Made by a program: the position numbers and the translations under genes | Shown: piece by piece, positions 40,925 through 51,860 of the stretch | How the letters are laid out: the number at the start of each line of letters is the position of its first letter | Numbering within the stretch: position 1 is the first letter of the stretch | The notes under the pieces: model-generated | What the model saw: only the letters and a program-made list of their open reading frames with translations | What the model was told of the DNA's origin: nothing | Databases searched by the model: none | Origin: a virus | Taxonomy: Duplodnaviria; Caudoviricetes | Length of the DNA: 64,000 bases | Reading direction: 5' to 3' (one strand) | Virus record (IMG/VR): IMGVR_UViG_3300033120_000579 | Span: 38,863 to 102,862 of that record

Positions 40925-42433
40925 TTAGTCAATAATTGATGGTTTCAAAGTTGCTGTTCTTCCAGCATCTTTAACCAAAGCACCAATTCCTTCTACAAGA
41001 GCAGTCATTGTTGCACTATCTTCCATCAATTGCATTTCTCCACCTCTACGTCCAGTAAATGGATTTCTAATACCAGCTTGATAACCTCTAAGTTCATCAG
41101 AACCTTTAGTTTTAACTTTTTGGATATTAGGTTCTTCCATAGAACCAATGTAAAGAATATCATATCTGTAAGATTCAGCTACACCACCATCTGGATGCAT
41201 AACCTTATTTCTAACTTTATCATCATACATTGGATCAACTTCCAACATTACATGAATGTTGTTAGGAGCTCTCCATTCTGTGAATTGGAATCCTGCAGAA
41301 AATGCATTTGCATGAAATTTAGAACTTACTTGTTTGATTGCATTTTGATTTGTATTATCAAATCCTAAAGCAGCCCAACCTGAAGCAATCTCAGCTACAG
41401 CTCTGTGGAACTGAGCCGCACCTCTTTCACCAGTACGCAACATGAATTTTCTTTCTCCCCAATCAAGTTTACCTTCTGAAAGTTCAGAAAGTAAATCTTC
41501 TAATAGACGAATAGAGAATCTGTTGTAAGTAGTAGTATTGGATACCTCCATTTGCTCACGAATTCCAGAACCAGCTTTAATTTCAATATTAGAATTACCT
41601 TTGTTCAAGAAACGTCCATTTTCATCACGGTTAGTTTTACCAAACATAATTGTAAGAGCTTTGATTTTAGATAAAGCTTTTTCAAACTGCCAGTAAACTT
41701 CTTGCATCCAAGTTGTAGAACCATGTACTTTACCAGTATTAGGATCTCTAGTTTCAATTTTAGCAAAATAGATTGGTTCAACTTTACAATCAATCATTTT
41801 ACCTGAAACTTTATGCTCCATACGAATGTTAGTAACAGAATTTCTCATTAAGAAAGGTGAAGTAAATTGAATTCCAGCACCTTGAATTGAAAGTTCATCC
41901 TCAACAGGAGCTCCTTCAATAGAGAATCTCATACCTGGTAAAAGTTCATCCCCAGGAATACCTGCTAATGAATCTTGACCACCCCATACTTCACAAGTAT
42001 AAACATAATTTTGTCCTTCTTCATAAGGCTCTTCAAGAATTCTCATTTGGTAAACATCTGGTCTATGACCTGCAATTAAATGCATTTTTGTAAACCATTT
42101 TTCACCAAATACTAATTCAAATGTTGCACGAGCAGCACCAATACCAGTTGTATTAGTATCTACCACTGCTCCATTATATCTTGCTTCAACTAGAGGAATA
42201 TTTCTTTCTTCACTACCAATCACCTTCCATACAAAATCTCCAGCTTCATTAAGAATTTTTTCTGGAAATAAAGAAAGAGTAGTATCTAAATTTTTCATTC
42301 CTGAATTTTGTAACAAAACTGTAGTCAAAGGTGAAATCAATTGTGGTTGACTTCCATAAAGTGCACCAATGTGATTTTTTAATGTTATACCTGACCAAGC
42401 TCTTGCTTTTGTCATTACAAATTTACCTACCAT
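40925..42433 (-). CDS. Major capsid protein
   Basis: W.G.T..NH.G N-terminus, G.GIREQ, TGERG...F, GFQFTE, P.YDD, HPDGG.AESYR; follows portal and scaffold. Confidence 0.9.
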   Translation of the reverse strand: MVGKFVMTKARAWSGITLKNHIGALYGSQPQLISPLTTVLLQNSGMKNLDTTLSLFPEKILNEAGDFVWKVIGSEERNIPLVEARYNGAVVDTNTTGIGAARATFELVFGEKWFTKMHLIAGHRPDVYQMRILEEPYEEGQNYVYTCEVWGGQDSLAGIPGDELLPGMRFSIEGAPVEDELSIQGAGIQFTSPFLMRNSVTNIRMEHKVSGKMIDCKVEPIYFAKIETRDPNTGKVHGSTTWMQEVYWQFEKALSKIKALTIMFGKTNRDENGRFLNKGNSNIEIKAGSGIREQMEVSNTTTYNRFSIRLLEDLLSELSEGKLDWGERKFMLRTGERGAAQFHRAVAEIASGWAALGFDNTNQNAIKQVSSKFHANAFSAGFQFTEWRAPNNIHVMLEVDPMYDDKVRNKVMHPDGGVAESYRYDILYIGSMEEPNIQKVKTKGSDELRGYQAGIRNPFTGRRGGEMQLMEDSATMTALVEGIGALVKDAGRTATLKPSIID

Positions 42434-42468
42434 ATTAATTATTTATTTAATTTTATTTGTTAATTATT

Positions 42469-43551
42469 TTAAAAATTTAAAACATGTCCACTAATGTTAT
42501 CATAACTATTACCATCTTGAGCCCATAGTGGTGTACCATTATCTATTGTTCTAGTTTTTCTAGCAATCGCTTCCAAGTCTTTAACAGCATTAGATTTACT
42601 TGATGTTGCTATTTTAGAAAAATCTTTAAAACCATTAGTTAATTCATAAAAATGATACATTCTAGTTTCAAAATCAATTGGATTTTCTCTACGTTCTCTC
42701 ATGAATTTATTTTCAAAAGTTCCATCTGGAGATTTACCAACAATTTCTGTGATTGATTTATATACTTTATCTTGTATAACCTTAGTAGGTTTAAAACCAT
42801 TTATTAAATCTTTAGATTCATAAATTGATTTTTTTAATTGTTCTTCTAATTTAATTTGTTCTAACTTTTCAGTTTCAAGTCTTTGTTTATAAGACTCTTT
42901 TTCAAATTCAATTTTCTTAGTTTCAAATTGTTTTAAACTTTCTAAAGATTCAACAGCATCTTCAAGTATTGCTTCATCACCTAAATCAATTAAACGTTTT
43001 AGCATTCTATTTGTTTTAGATTCATCTAATCCTTGATTAAGATAATCTTGTTGAATAATTTGTTTAGCTAAATTTAAATCTTCTTTTAAAGATTCTGCAT
43101 TAATTTTAGAATAATCATTGATTGCTTTTTTACTTTGAGTAATTTGATTAATATCAATATTAGCTAAATATTCTTCTAATTTTAATTGAGCTTGTACTTC
43201 TTGCTCATGTTTAAAAACATTTACAAGATCATCAATATTCTCAATTTTAGTTTTTTCGATGTCAGATGAAGGTATGAGTCCTTGTTCATAAAGAACGGTG
43301 GCTAAAGAAGAATATAAATTGGAAGAAGATTTACCACCTTCGTCATTACCTTCATCTTCTACATCTCCCTCATCTACTTCCTCTGGATTTTCATCATCCT
43401 CAATGGGGTCATTAATATCTTGTTCTGGATCTATTTCTATATCCTCATTTTCTTCAATCTTAGGTTCTAATGTTTCATCATATTCTGGAACATATTCTAA
43501 ATTAAGTTCCATATTACTATCAAACAAACCCATATTCAAATCTTCTTCCAT
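42469..43551 (-). CDS. Capsid scaffold-like acidic protein
   Basis: Highly acidic N-terminus and coiled coil; lies between portal and MCP. Confidence 0.7.
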   Translation of the reverse strand: MEEDLNMGLFDSNMELNLEYVPEYDETLEPKIEENEDIEIDPEQDINDPIEDDENPEEVDEGDVEDEGNDEGGKSSSNLYSSLATVLYEQGLIPSSDIEKTKIENIDDLVNVFKHEQEVQAQLKLEEYLANIDINQITQSKKAINDYSKINAESLKEDLNLAKQIIQQDYLNQGLDESKTNRMLKRLIDLGDEAILEDAVESLESLKQFETKKIEFEKESYKQRLETEKLEQIKLEEQLKKSIYESKDLINGFKPTKVIQDKVYKSITEIVGKSPDGTFENKFMRERRENPIDFETRMYHFYELTNGFKDFSKIATSSKSNAVKDLEAIARKTRTIDNGTPLWAQDGNSYDNISGHVLNF

Positions 43552-43582
43552 GATTATTTATTTATGTGTTTTATTATAAAAA

Positions 43583-43616
43583 TACAAATATAGTAAACTT
43601 TAGAAAAAATTCCAAA
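43583..43616 (-). promoter_or_regulatory. Bacteroidota-type promoter for the scaffold/MCP operon
   Basis: TTTGGA-N18-TATATTTGTA upstream of ATG 43551. Confidence 0.75.
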
Positions 43617-43662
43617 TATTAATTCAATTATTATTAACATTTGGAATATTCCCTAATAGCTT

Positions 43663-46053
43663 TTATGTTGTACTTTTCTTTTTAATTCTTGCAATACTTT
43701 GATCAGTTTTCTTTGCATCCATCTGATCTTTATGTTTGATCATATCCTGATCTAATGCTTTAATCTTTAACATATAGTCATTTCTTTTAGATTGTACATC
43801 TAATTCAAATTTACTTTGTTCCAATGGATTATCAATACCATCAGTAGAATCTACTTCATTTGACATATCATGAGATAACTCTGCGACATAACGTTTAGTT
43901 TCATTATCTCTAATATTTTTAGTATCTTCTAACTTGAGTTTTTGTTGCTCTAAAGCTACTGTTGCTTGAATTTGTTCTTGTGCCACTTTATTAGCTTCAG
44001 TTTGAGCTTGATTATTTCTTTCTTGAATTTCTTGTTCAGCTATTTCAAGTTTTCTTCTCATATCAGACAAAGATGGACTAAAATAAATATCCATAATAGT
44101 TGACATAGATCCACCATTTTGAATAAATGCTTGAGCGTATTGTTTAATCGCTTGTTCAAGTTCCATAGTCTTAGCTGTAGAAGTAACTAATATTCCATAA
44201 TCAGATTCTGCTAATTCTTCACCTTCCATATTAAGAATTTCAATAGTTTGATCATCTAATATATATTGTACTTTTTTATTCTCAGTATCTCTTAATGCAA
44301 ATTTAGCTGTTTCTAAGAAAGCATCTAATACTCTAAGTTTAACAGATTCATGTAATATAAACCAATATTCTGTAATATGAGATGATTGGTTTACTGAACG
44401 TTCAACTCCACCTACAGTTTCTCTATTAGATATTTGACCTTCGCGTTGTGCAGATACTCCACATATTTCACCCATTTCCATTTTAATGAATTCAAGTAAT
44501 TGAATATGTTGTTGAATGTATGAACCTGTTTCCATATCCATAACATTCTGACCTTGATTCTGCATATTACCTGCAAGTTTTCCAGTAGATTGACCGTGTA
44601 AACCTTCTTTAAATGAATCTACTACTGCAATTTTATTAACAATTGCAAAATGCATCCATTTTTCAATTTCCCAGTTTGCTGGAACTTGAGCTAAATCAAG
44701 TTTCATAATTCTACCATAGTTAGTGGCAATAGCTTTATTAAGTCTATCAAATAAAGCATCGTACATATATTGATAGTTTTTAGCTCTGTCAACTAATGAA
44801 ACTGCTTTACCTTGATTAGTATTATAAATTTGACCTATTACTCCTAAATGACCTTTAGATGGGTTGTTAGCTTTGACATATTGTACAGGAAGAGGCCTCA
44901 TTTTAAGATAAATATCTTTACCTAATTTAATACCTTCCCATCCTTCATTTATCCAAAATACAGTTTCTTCTTCACCTCTATTTTTATCAGTGATATATTC
45001 TTCTGATTCAAATCGATATTGAGTATCCCCATATTCATCATAGAATTTAATTTTTTTAACTTTACGTAGAGATTTCCATCTAAGTTTTAATTCTCTAATA
45101 TTACCATTTTCATCAGTATAATCAGATCCAAAGTTGTGTCCATTAATTTCAGCAAATTCAAACATACCATCATACATACCTCTATCATTAGAACCATCTC
45201 TAAATAAAGCATGATTGTTATAATCATCAGAATATTCACCTTTAGAACTTCTAGTTGAATAATCCATTAAATAATCAATTTCTTCAGGTTTTAATTCGTT
45301 GAAATATTCATCAACTAATTGATTAGGAGATTTATGATCTTCCATAATAATCATAGAAGCATCTTCAAATCTATCTGAATTACCTGATCTTATTGCAGTA
45401 ACTTTTAAAGGATTAAGTTTTTCTAATGTAGGTTCATTATGAACTATATCAATAAGATATATTTCTTCAGCCATAATTAAAGCATCTTTAAATCCTTTAA
45501 GAAACTTTTCACTAAAATTTTGTTCTTGATAATAATGTTTTAATATTTGGTTAGCCATTTTTTCACGAATGTCTGACCAACTATATTTCATATATTTACC
45601 AAGTTCATCCATTTTAGATTTAAGTTCATCTTCTTGATAATTAGCCTCTAACATTTCAGTTAATTTTTGCATTAAAAAGATTTTTTTATCTTCTTCTTTT
45701 TTACTAATAGCATCAGGATTAATTACAACAGCTTGCCAATCAAATCTACGTTTAGATTCTTCACCAACTAATAAATCTACTTTAGGTACAATTATAGGAT
45801 GATGAGGAATATTATCTGGTACATAACTAGCATCTAAATGATGTGGGTTAACTACATTAGTTAAATCTTGTATATCAACAATACCATTATAAAGATTTAG
45901 ATTGATAGATTTATTTTTTAAACTTTTACGAACTTCTTCATTATGATAAAATGAATGCACATCAGCATGGTCGAGATTTGATTTTCTCCACTCTTTATCT
46001 TTTTGACTGTATGGTAACCTTTGTCTAGGTAAAGGAACATTTCTTATTCTCAT
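43663..46053 (-). CDS. Portal protein
   Basis: P.Q.LP...K.KEW, HHPII.PK.DLL.GEE.KR, WINE.WEG.K, GV..QREGQI..RE.VGGVERSV.QS; 796 aa after the terminase. Confidence 0.9.
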   Translation of the reverse strand: MRIRNVPLPRQRLPYSQKDKEWRKSNLDHADVHSFYHNEEVRKSLKNKSINLNLYNGIVDIQDLTNVVNPHHLDASYVPDNIPHHPIIVPKVDLLVGEESKRRFDWQAVVINPDAISKKEEDKKIFLMQKLTEMLEANYQEDELKSKMDELGKYMKYSWSDIREKMANQILKHYYQEQNFSEKFLKGFKDALIMAEEIYLIDIVHNEPTLEKLNPLKVTAIRSGNSDRFEDASMIIMEDHKSPNQLVDEYFNELKPEEIDYLMDYSTRSSKGEYSDDYNNHALFRDGSNDRGMYDGMFEFAEINGHNFGSDYTDENGNIRELKLRWKSLRKVKKIKFYDEYGDTQYRFESEEYITDKNRGEEETVFWINEGWEGIKLGKDIYLKMRPLPVQYVKANNPSKGHLGVIGQIYNTNQGKAVSLVDRAKNYQYMYDALFDRLNKAIATNYGRIMKLDLAQVPANWEIEKWMHFAIVNKIAVVDSFKEGLHGQSTGKLAGNMQNQGQNVMDMETGSYIQQHIQLLEFIKMEMGEICGVSAQREGQISNRETVGGVERSVNQSSHITEYWFILHESVKLRVLDAFLETAKFALRDTENKKVQYILDDQTIEILNMEGEELAESDYGILVTSTAKTMELEQAIKQYAQAFIQNGGSMSTIMDIYFSPSLSDMRRKLEIAEQEIQERNNQAQTEANKVAQEQIQATVALEQQKLKLEDTKNIRDNETKRYVAELSHDMSNEVDSTDGIDNPLEQSKFELDVQSKRNDYMLKIKALDQDMIKHKDQMDAKKTDQSIARIKKKSTT

Positions 46054-46072
46054 ATATTAATTTATTAAACTT

Positions 46073-46105
46073 TACAATATACAACATTTTTATTCAAAAT
46101 CAAAA
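46073..46105 (-). promoter_or_regulatory. Variant Bacteroidota-type promoter for the portal
   Basis: TTTTGA-N18-TATATTGTA upstream of ATG 46053; both boxes deviate from consensus. Confidence 0.55.
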
Positions 46106-46116
46106 TGTATTTGTTA

Positions 46117-48399
46117 TTATTTGTGTAATATTTCACCATTCTTAATAGCTTTTGATTGAGTATAGTTCTTATTAAAAAAATTATCACTACTTAAATGTGC
46201 AATTTGTTTATCTTGATTTTCAATAGCAGATTGAATTCTTTTATATCTATCTTCTCTAAGAATGAATAACATACCTGCTGCAGATATTCTATCAAAGTTA
46301 CCATCTGAATTCCATTTAATAGCTTCTTCAATATGTGCAATACCTCTCATAGTATGTAAATTAAGTTTTTCAACTTCATCTTCACTATTAGAATGAGCTT
46401 TAGATAACATCCAATCTGCATGTAATTTTCTACCCCATTTATTAATTTGAACATTAGCTCTAGTACCTTTTGCAAGATTGCCATAACCTACATTTTTAAC
46501 CATATCCATATCTTTAAGAATTTGAGGTACATCACAAAGTCTATGTAATACATTTTTTTTATCAAAATAACTAAATAAACCTTTTAAGTTACTTTCATAA
46601 TTAGCTACTCCATTATAAAATTCAATAGTTCTTAATGCAATTTCATAAGCTTCTTCAGCTAATCTAGGTCTTCCAGTGTATTCACAAACAATTCTATCTG
46701 TAAAAGTATCTAATCCAATTATACTAAATAAAGACGTACCTGCATCAGCATCAATAGGGTCGATACCAAATATATATCTACCACTAGGAACTTCACCGTT
46801 AGCATTTTCTCTAGGCATTTCAAATATCTCTAAACAACCTTCTCTATTAGAAGTATCTTTATCATAACTTCTAAGAGGATATTTATCAGCATTAGGTCGC
46901 CATTTAAGTTTATTATCAGAACCTCTAATTAATTCACCTACATAATGTTCAGCTAAAAAAGATTCTCTTTTAACCATAACTTCTTCAAGGTATTCTTTAA
47001 GATCTGATACAGGAAATACTGTTCCTTCAGTTCTCATAATAGCTTCTTGAGGTGTTATAGGTTCCTCAGCTTTCTTTTGTGTGATTGCATTAGGATCTTG
47101 AGAATTATATTTAATTTTATATCTACCAAGTTCTATTTCAATTAAAGCTTTAATAACATCTGGTTCTCCTAAATTTTCATCATAACAACTATTACGATTC
47201 ATATAACCGCCCCAAAAGAATCCACAAATTCTATCACCTGTTGTATTTTTATCAAATACATTAGGTATTCCATAAATTTCATATGCTTCTGGTTGATAAA
47301 ATAATTTTTCAGATCCTTCAAATGAACCACCTTCAACTCCACCAGTTCCACCTGCTAACATAAAACCAAATCCTACATTACCATCCTCAACAGCTTTTAA
47401 ATTTACATTCCAAGCCTTTTCAAGATTTGGAAACAAACCATCTTCTTCATAATGAATTAAAGGTCCACGAATACCCCTAGCTTTATCAGGATTATCTTTT
47501 AATGATATACCATGTACAGAGGATAATAATCCTTTACGAATACCATATTCATCTTTAAATCCTAATTGTATTTCTAATGTACTACCTGCTCTATCTACAG
47601 TCCTCATTCGAGGTAATGGTGTAGTTTCTGCAATCCAATCTAATGTATCCACAACTTTACCCCAAATACCTTTATCTCCTGCTAAAAAAGTCTTTTCAGA
47701 AGCTAAATGAAAGTTAGGATTACCTGAACCTGGATATACATACATATTACATGGACTAATTGCTCCCATTTTAAAAGAGAAACCTACACCACGAGTTTTA
47801 AGTAATTTACCGTGAAGTCCACTATCTCTAGCTTGTTGCATGTAATGATAAAATAAGTAATCACCTAACCAAGGTTTAGGAAATTTACGTAACCTTTCAC
47901 CTTTTTGTTTAGTAGATTTACTTTCAGTTTTGATAATTTCAACTAACCAAATAGGAGAATAATTCCAATAAAAATATAACTGTCCAGGAATCCATTCTCC
48001 ATCACTAGGTCTAATTAAACCATATTTCCATCTACGTTGTTCCTCTTTCCAAAATTCTGCATAAGCTGATTTAGGATTAGGATTAGGTGTTAAATTAGTA
48101 TATTTACCATTTTTTTCATAAAAAATTGCACGTTCTCTAAAAAAATCCATATCCTCAAGAATATGAGGATTAGTTAAATCTACATCTATTCTACCATCAT
48201 TATAAAATTTAGTTTCTCTAGGTTTATCTTTAGCATAACCTCTAACTTCTTCCGGAGCAATTAATCTTTTAATAAACTCAACTGATGATATACTTTCTAA
48301 TACAGCTAACCACACTTCTCTAGGTAAAGAATTTTTTAATTCTTCAGTTAGAGGTGTTTGATAAGAGTTGAATTTATAATGTTTTAATTCTGATTCCAT
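46117..48399 (-). CDS. terL: Terminase large subunit
   Basis: LKTRGVGFS (Walker A-like), YEEDG (Walker B), GTGG, GIDPID (RNase H nuclease), NFDRISA. Confidence 0.92.
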   Translation of the reverse strand: MESELKHYKFNSYQTPLTEELKNSLPREVWLAVLESISSVEFIKRLIAPEEVRGYAKDKPRETKFYNDGRIDVDLTNPHILEDMDFFRERAIFYEKNGKYTNLTPNPNPKSAYAEFWKEEQRRWKYGLIRPSDGEWIPGQLYFYWNYSPIWLVEIIKTESKSTKQKGERLRKFPKPWLGDYLFYHYMQQARDSGLHGKLLKTRGVGFSFKMGAISPCNMYVYPGSGNPNFHLASEKTFLAGDKGIWGKVVDTLDWIAETTPLPRMRTVDRAGSTLEIQLGFKDEYGIRKGLLSSVHGISLKDNPDKARGIRGPLIHYEEDGLFPNLEKAWNVNLKAVEDGNVGFGFMLAGGTGGVEGGSFEGSEKLFYQPEAYEIYGIPNVFDKNTTGDRICGFFWGGYMNRNSCYDENLGEPDVIKALIEIELGRYKIKYNSQDPNAITQKKAEEPITPQEAIMRTEGTVFPVSDLKEYLEEVMVKRESFLAEHYVGELIRGSDNKLKWRPNADKYPLRSYDKDTSNREGCLEIFEMPRENANGEVPSGRYIFGIDPIDADAGTSLFSIIGLDTFTDRIVCEYTGRPRLAEEAYEIALRTIEFYNGVANYESNLKGLFSYFDKKNVLHRLCDVPQILKDMDMVKNVGYGNLAKGTRANVQINKWGRKLHADWMLSKAHSNSEDEVEKLNLHTMRGIAHIEEAIKWNSDGNFDRISAAGMLFILREDRYKRIQSAIENQDKQIAHLSSDNFFNKNYTQSKAIKNGEILHK

Positions 48400-49859
48400 T
48401 GAAATTCATTTAATACTACAGCTTCAGTACTGAGTATAACTTTAGCAATAGATACTGCATTTTCTAATGCACATCTAGTAACTTTAAGTGGATCTATAAT
48501 ATTATTATTAAATAAAATTAATTTTAAATCATCTAATGATGAACCATTTTCTTTTATTTGTAAATAAGGCTTACATAATGATTGTTGTATTTGAAATACA
48601 ATATCTCCCATTCCACCCATTTCAGATGTTATAGACTTAACTAATGCAAATCCTGCACCTTCAACTATACCTTCTTCTAACGCACAAGCTACTGCTAATA
48701 TAGCATCATCATATCTATCTTTACGTTCTTTCATTTCAAGTTCAGATCCACCACCAACTTTAATGATTGATACTTTACCTTCAAGATATTCAATCCTTTG
48801 TTTTAAAAGATCTATATCATGTTGAGGTATATCTGTTAAAGATTGTTGTTTAAGATTATCAATTAAATCTGTAACATCATTATCTTCATGTTTAACTAAT
48901 ATACTATTAGTTTTAGTAATTTTACATGAATCTAATTTACCCAAAATTGATTGATTATATTCTTTATTTAAATCTTTAATAATAGTCGCACCTGTAAATT
49001 TAGATAAATCCTGTAATAAATCTTTTCTATGTTTAGAAAAACCTGGAGTTTTAATTACAGATACATTTAATTGTTTACTAAGTGTAAATGTTTCTAACTT
49101 TCTAAGTGCTAATTCATGTATATCTTCAGCTATAATTAATAAAGAGTAATCTTTATTTTGAATATAATCAAAAGGTATTCTAAAGTTTTGAAGTTTATCT
49201 AACTTACCATCAACTAATAATACAAATACATTTTCTTTAAATTCACAAATACCTTTCTTATCATCTGTAATAAAATGTTTAGAAAAGAAAGATACTGGTA
49301 AACTCATACCATTAACTAATTCTAAAGTATCTTCTAAATTTTTAGATTCTTCAACTTTAACTATATTAGTATGGTTATAAGCCGATTGAATAATATTCCC
49401 AATCTCCACATCATTATTAGCAGAAATACTAGCCACGTATTTAATATCTTCATTTTCTAACTTTTTAGAATTAAGTTTTAATTGTTCAATAACTTTAGGT
49501 ATAATTTCATCAAAAGCTTTATTAATGTCTACAGTATTAAAATCTTTAAGATTATTAATAAATGCAGTAGTTAATACTGTTGCAGTAGTAGTACCATCTC
49601 CAGCTTGATTAACTGTTCTATTAGCAGCTTCTCTAAGTAATTGTACACCTATATTTTCAATAGGATCTTTTAATATAATACTATTAATAACACTAACTCC
49701 ATCCTTAGTTACTTTATATTGTCCAGGTTTATCTGAATCACTAATAATAACAGTTTTTCCATTAGGACCTAATGTTGCTGATACAGCTTTACATGCTTTA
49801 TTAATACCTGATAATAATTTATCTCTAACTTCTTTACTAAATGTAATTTCTTCTATCAT
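48384..49859 (-). CDS. groEL: GroEL-like (group I) chaperonin
   Basis: TLGPNG, TKDGVSV, AGDGTTTATVL, ISANND, KTPGF, VGG.SE.E.KE.KDR.DDA, IIDP.KVTR.ALENA.S; no GGM tail. Confidence 0.92.
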   Translation of the reverse strand: MIEEITFSKEVRDKLLSGINKACKAVSATLGPNGKTVIISDSDKPGQYKVTKDGVSVINSIILKDPIENIGVQLLREAANRTVNQAGDGTTTATVLTTAFINNLKDFNTVDINKAFDEIIPKVIEQLKLNSKKLENEDIKYVASISANNDVEIGNIIQSAYNHTNIVKVEESKNLEDTLELVNGMSLPVSFFSKHFITDDKKGICEFKENVFVLLVDGKLDKLQNFRIPFDYIQNKDYSLLIIAEDIHELALRKLETFTLSKQLNVSVIKTPGFSKHRKDLLQDLSKFTGATIIKDLNKEYNQSILGKLDSCKITKTNSILVKHEDNDVTDLIDNLKQQSLTDIPQHDIDLLKQRIEYLEGKVSIIKVGGGSELEMKERKDRYDDAILAVACALEEGIVEGAGFALVKSITSEMGGMGDIVFQIQQSLCKPYLQIKENGSSLDDLKLILFNNNIIDPLKVTRCALENAVSIAKVILSTEAVVLNEFQWNQN

Positions 49860-50089
49860 ATAATTCCTTGTATTTCTGCTAAATTGCTAATTTCATAACC
49901 TTTGTAATATAAATCAGAATATATAGCAGATATAACATCTTGTTTATTATTTCTATATTGGACTGCTTTAGGTTCTCCAATCGAAATAGCAACCCAATCT
50001 CCTTCTTTTAATTGTCTTACTTCTACTTTAACCCATTTTTTACTATTTTTCCAACCATTATACATAGCTTCTCTTTGACTATCTTCCAT
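49856..50089 (-). CDS. Hypothetical protein
   Basis: Coupled ORF of 77 aa. Confidence 0.6.
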   Translation of the reverse strand: MEDSQREAMYNGWKNSKKWVKVEVRQLKEGDWVAISIGEPKAVQYRNNKQDVISAIYSDLYYKGYEISNLAEIQGII

Positions 50090-50097
50090 ATTTATAT

Positions 50098-50661
50098 TTA
50101 TTCAAATGAAAGTCCTTGTTCATAAAGACCCATTTCTTGTTTACCTTTCATTCTTCCTTCTGTTTCAACTTGTTCTTTAATAACTTCTTTCTCAGCAGCT
50201 TTTAAATCTTTCATTAAAGTTGGTATTTTAGATATTGCAGTTACTACTACTGTAAGTGGAGTAATAGGTTGACCTTTATCATTTCTTTCAGATAAAAGAG
50301 TATTTGCATGTTCTAAATAATCAGATACATCATTAGCTGCTTTTAAAGCGTTCTTATAAAGTTTACCAATTACAGTTAAACTTCTAGCTTCATAAAAGTC
50401 TATAGCTTCTTGTACAACTAAATCAATTTTCCAATCTTCATTTAAACCAATATCTTTTTTAATTTCATTAATCCTAGTTTTAGGATCCATAATTAAATAA
50501 TCTGATTTAATATCACAATAGTAATAAATAAATAGCATCTCTTTAGTTGCTCTATCTTTATCTCTACTTTTATCTCTTTTAAGTATTTTCTTAAATGGGA
50601 GAAGTGCCCACAAGTTGTCATCAACCTGGAGCACCCCATCTTTTAATATAAAACCATTCAT
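50098..50661 (-). CDS. Conserved crAss-like protein upstream of the terminase (small-terminase candidate)
   Basis: FK....RDKS.DK..A.KE..FIYY..D..S.Y motif; helical; position near terL. Confidence 0.5.
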   Translation of the reverse strand: MNGFILKDGVLQVDDNLWALLPFKKILKRDKSRDKDRATKEMLFIYYYCDIKSDYLIMDPKTRINEIKKDIGLNEDWKIDLVVQEAIDFYEARSLTVIGKLYKNALKAANDVSDYLEHANTLLSERNDKGQPITPLTVVVTAISKIPTLMKDLKAAEKEVIKEQVETEGRMKGKQEMGLYEQGLSFE

Positions 50662-51014
50662 TATTTTTTTCTAATTCTTTTAGTTTTAATGGTTATTTCT
50701 GGAACTACAGAAATATCTTCTTCAATTTTAACTTCTTTAGATTCTTTTAATTCTTTATTATAAGAAGTTAAATTTTTAATAGAATCTTTTTGAATTTGAC
50801 TGTATTTTTTAGCACTAGATAATTCGTCTTCTAATTTAAGATTAGTTTTAATAATTTCATCTTTAACATATTTTTGATATAATGCAAAAATTGCAGATAA
50901 TACTGTTCCCGAAATTGTTGTAAATTCTACAGCTGTAATTATATTAAAAACCCAAGCGGTTCCTAATCCTACTACCACTATAAGTGATGCTATTTGTGAG
51001 TATAATTTATTCAT
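50661..51014 (-). CDS. Two-TM membrane protein with basic coiled-coil tail (holin-like topology)
   Basis: Two hydrophobic helices at the N-terminus; KTKRIRKK end. Confidence 0.5.
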   Translation of the reverse strand: MNKLYSQIASLIVVVGLGTAWVFNIITAVEFTTISGTVLSAIFALYQKYVKDEIIKTNLKLEDELSSAKKYSQIQKDSIKNLTSYNKELKESKEVKIEEDISVVPEITIKTKRIRKK

Positions 51015-51187
51015 ATTATTTATCTTCTTTATTAGTTTCTACTTCTATAATTTGTTTTGGTTTATCTTGGAACTCTTGTTTTAATACATTTAATGCTGTT
51101 AAAACTGTAGCAGAGTCTTGTAATCCAAATACTCCTTTTTGTGCACTAATATTAAGTGCTTGTTCTATTACTGATAATGCTTGTATA

Positions 51188-51574
51188 TTATTCATTTGTT
51201 TGTAAAGGTTGTTCGTTTTTAAATTTAGCTTTAATAAATCTATCTTCTAGAATTGCATAAACAATTCCATCTGCCATAATAGGATCAAATTTAAGCATTC
51301 CTACTTCTTCATATACATTATTAGGGTTAGTTCTTTTGTCCATTAATTTATCTAAATCTAATAGAACTTTTTGTCCAACTTCTAAACTATGTACATTTGG
51401 ACCTTTAGCAATAATATATTGCTCTTCTGTAATTGTATTTTCAGATAAATCTAAAGTACCTTCAATAACTCCTTTATTAAGTGTTACAATTACTTTGTTA
51501 AACATTGGTTCCAGTGGAAATGTCTGTGTTATCTCCACTACATTCTCCCATGTCAAATTCGCTTGATCTTCCAT
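51188..51574 (-). CDS. GroES-like co-chaperonin
   Basis: LEPMFNKVIV ... IIAKGPNV..LEVGQKVLL ... ILEDRFI.A aligns by eye to the GroES PL.DRV.V / VVAVG.G / VKVGD.V / IL.E.DILA pattern. Confidence 0.65.
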   Translation of the reverse strand: MEDQANLTWENVVEITQTFPLEPMFNKVIVTLNKGVIEGTLDLSENTITEEQYIIAKGPNVHSLEVGQKVLLDLDKLMDKRTNPNNVYEEVGMLKFDPIMADGIVYAILEDRFIKAKFKNEQPLQTNE

Positions 51575-51860
51575 CTTCTTTTTGTTGTTTTAATCTATTT
51601 AAATGTTCAATTCGTCTATTGTGACTTTTAATCACTTCACTATTAGTATAAAGTTTACCTATATACTTATAATAAAAATTTGTTTTTAAGTTATCAATCT
51701 CTTCATCTGTTAAACCACTTAATTGTAAAGTTCTTATAGTTTTATAAGTAAATCTAAATTGTGATTCAATTATTTCTCTAACCTGATTATCTGTTAAGTT
51801 ATTATTTAATCCTATTGTGTGAATTATATCATTTACTTTCTTTTCATTAATCTTATTCAT
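51498..51860 (-). CDS. HU/IHF-like DNA-binding protein
   Basis: II..IG....LT...V..IIESQF.F......NF....IGKLY. Confidence 0.5.
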   Translation of the reverse strand: MNKINEKKVNDIIHTIGLNNNLTDNQVREIIESQFRFTYKTIRTLQLSGLTDEEIDNLKTNFYYKYIGKLYTNSEVIKSHNRRIEHLNRLKQQKEDGRSSEFDMGECSGDNTDISTGTNV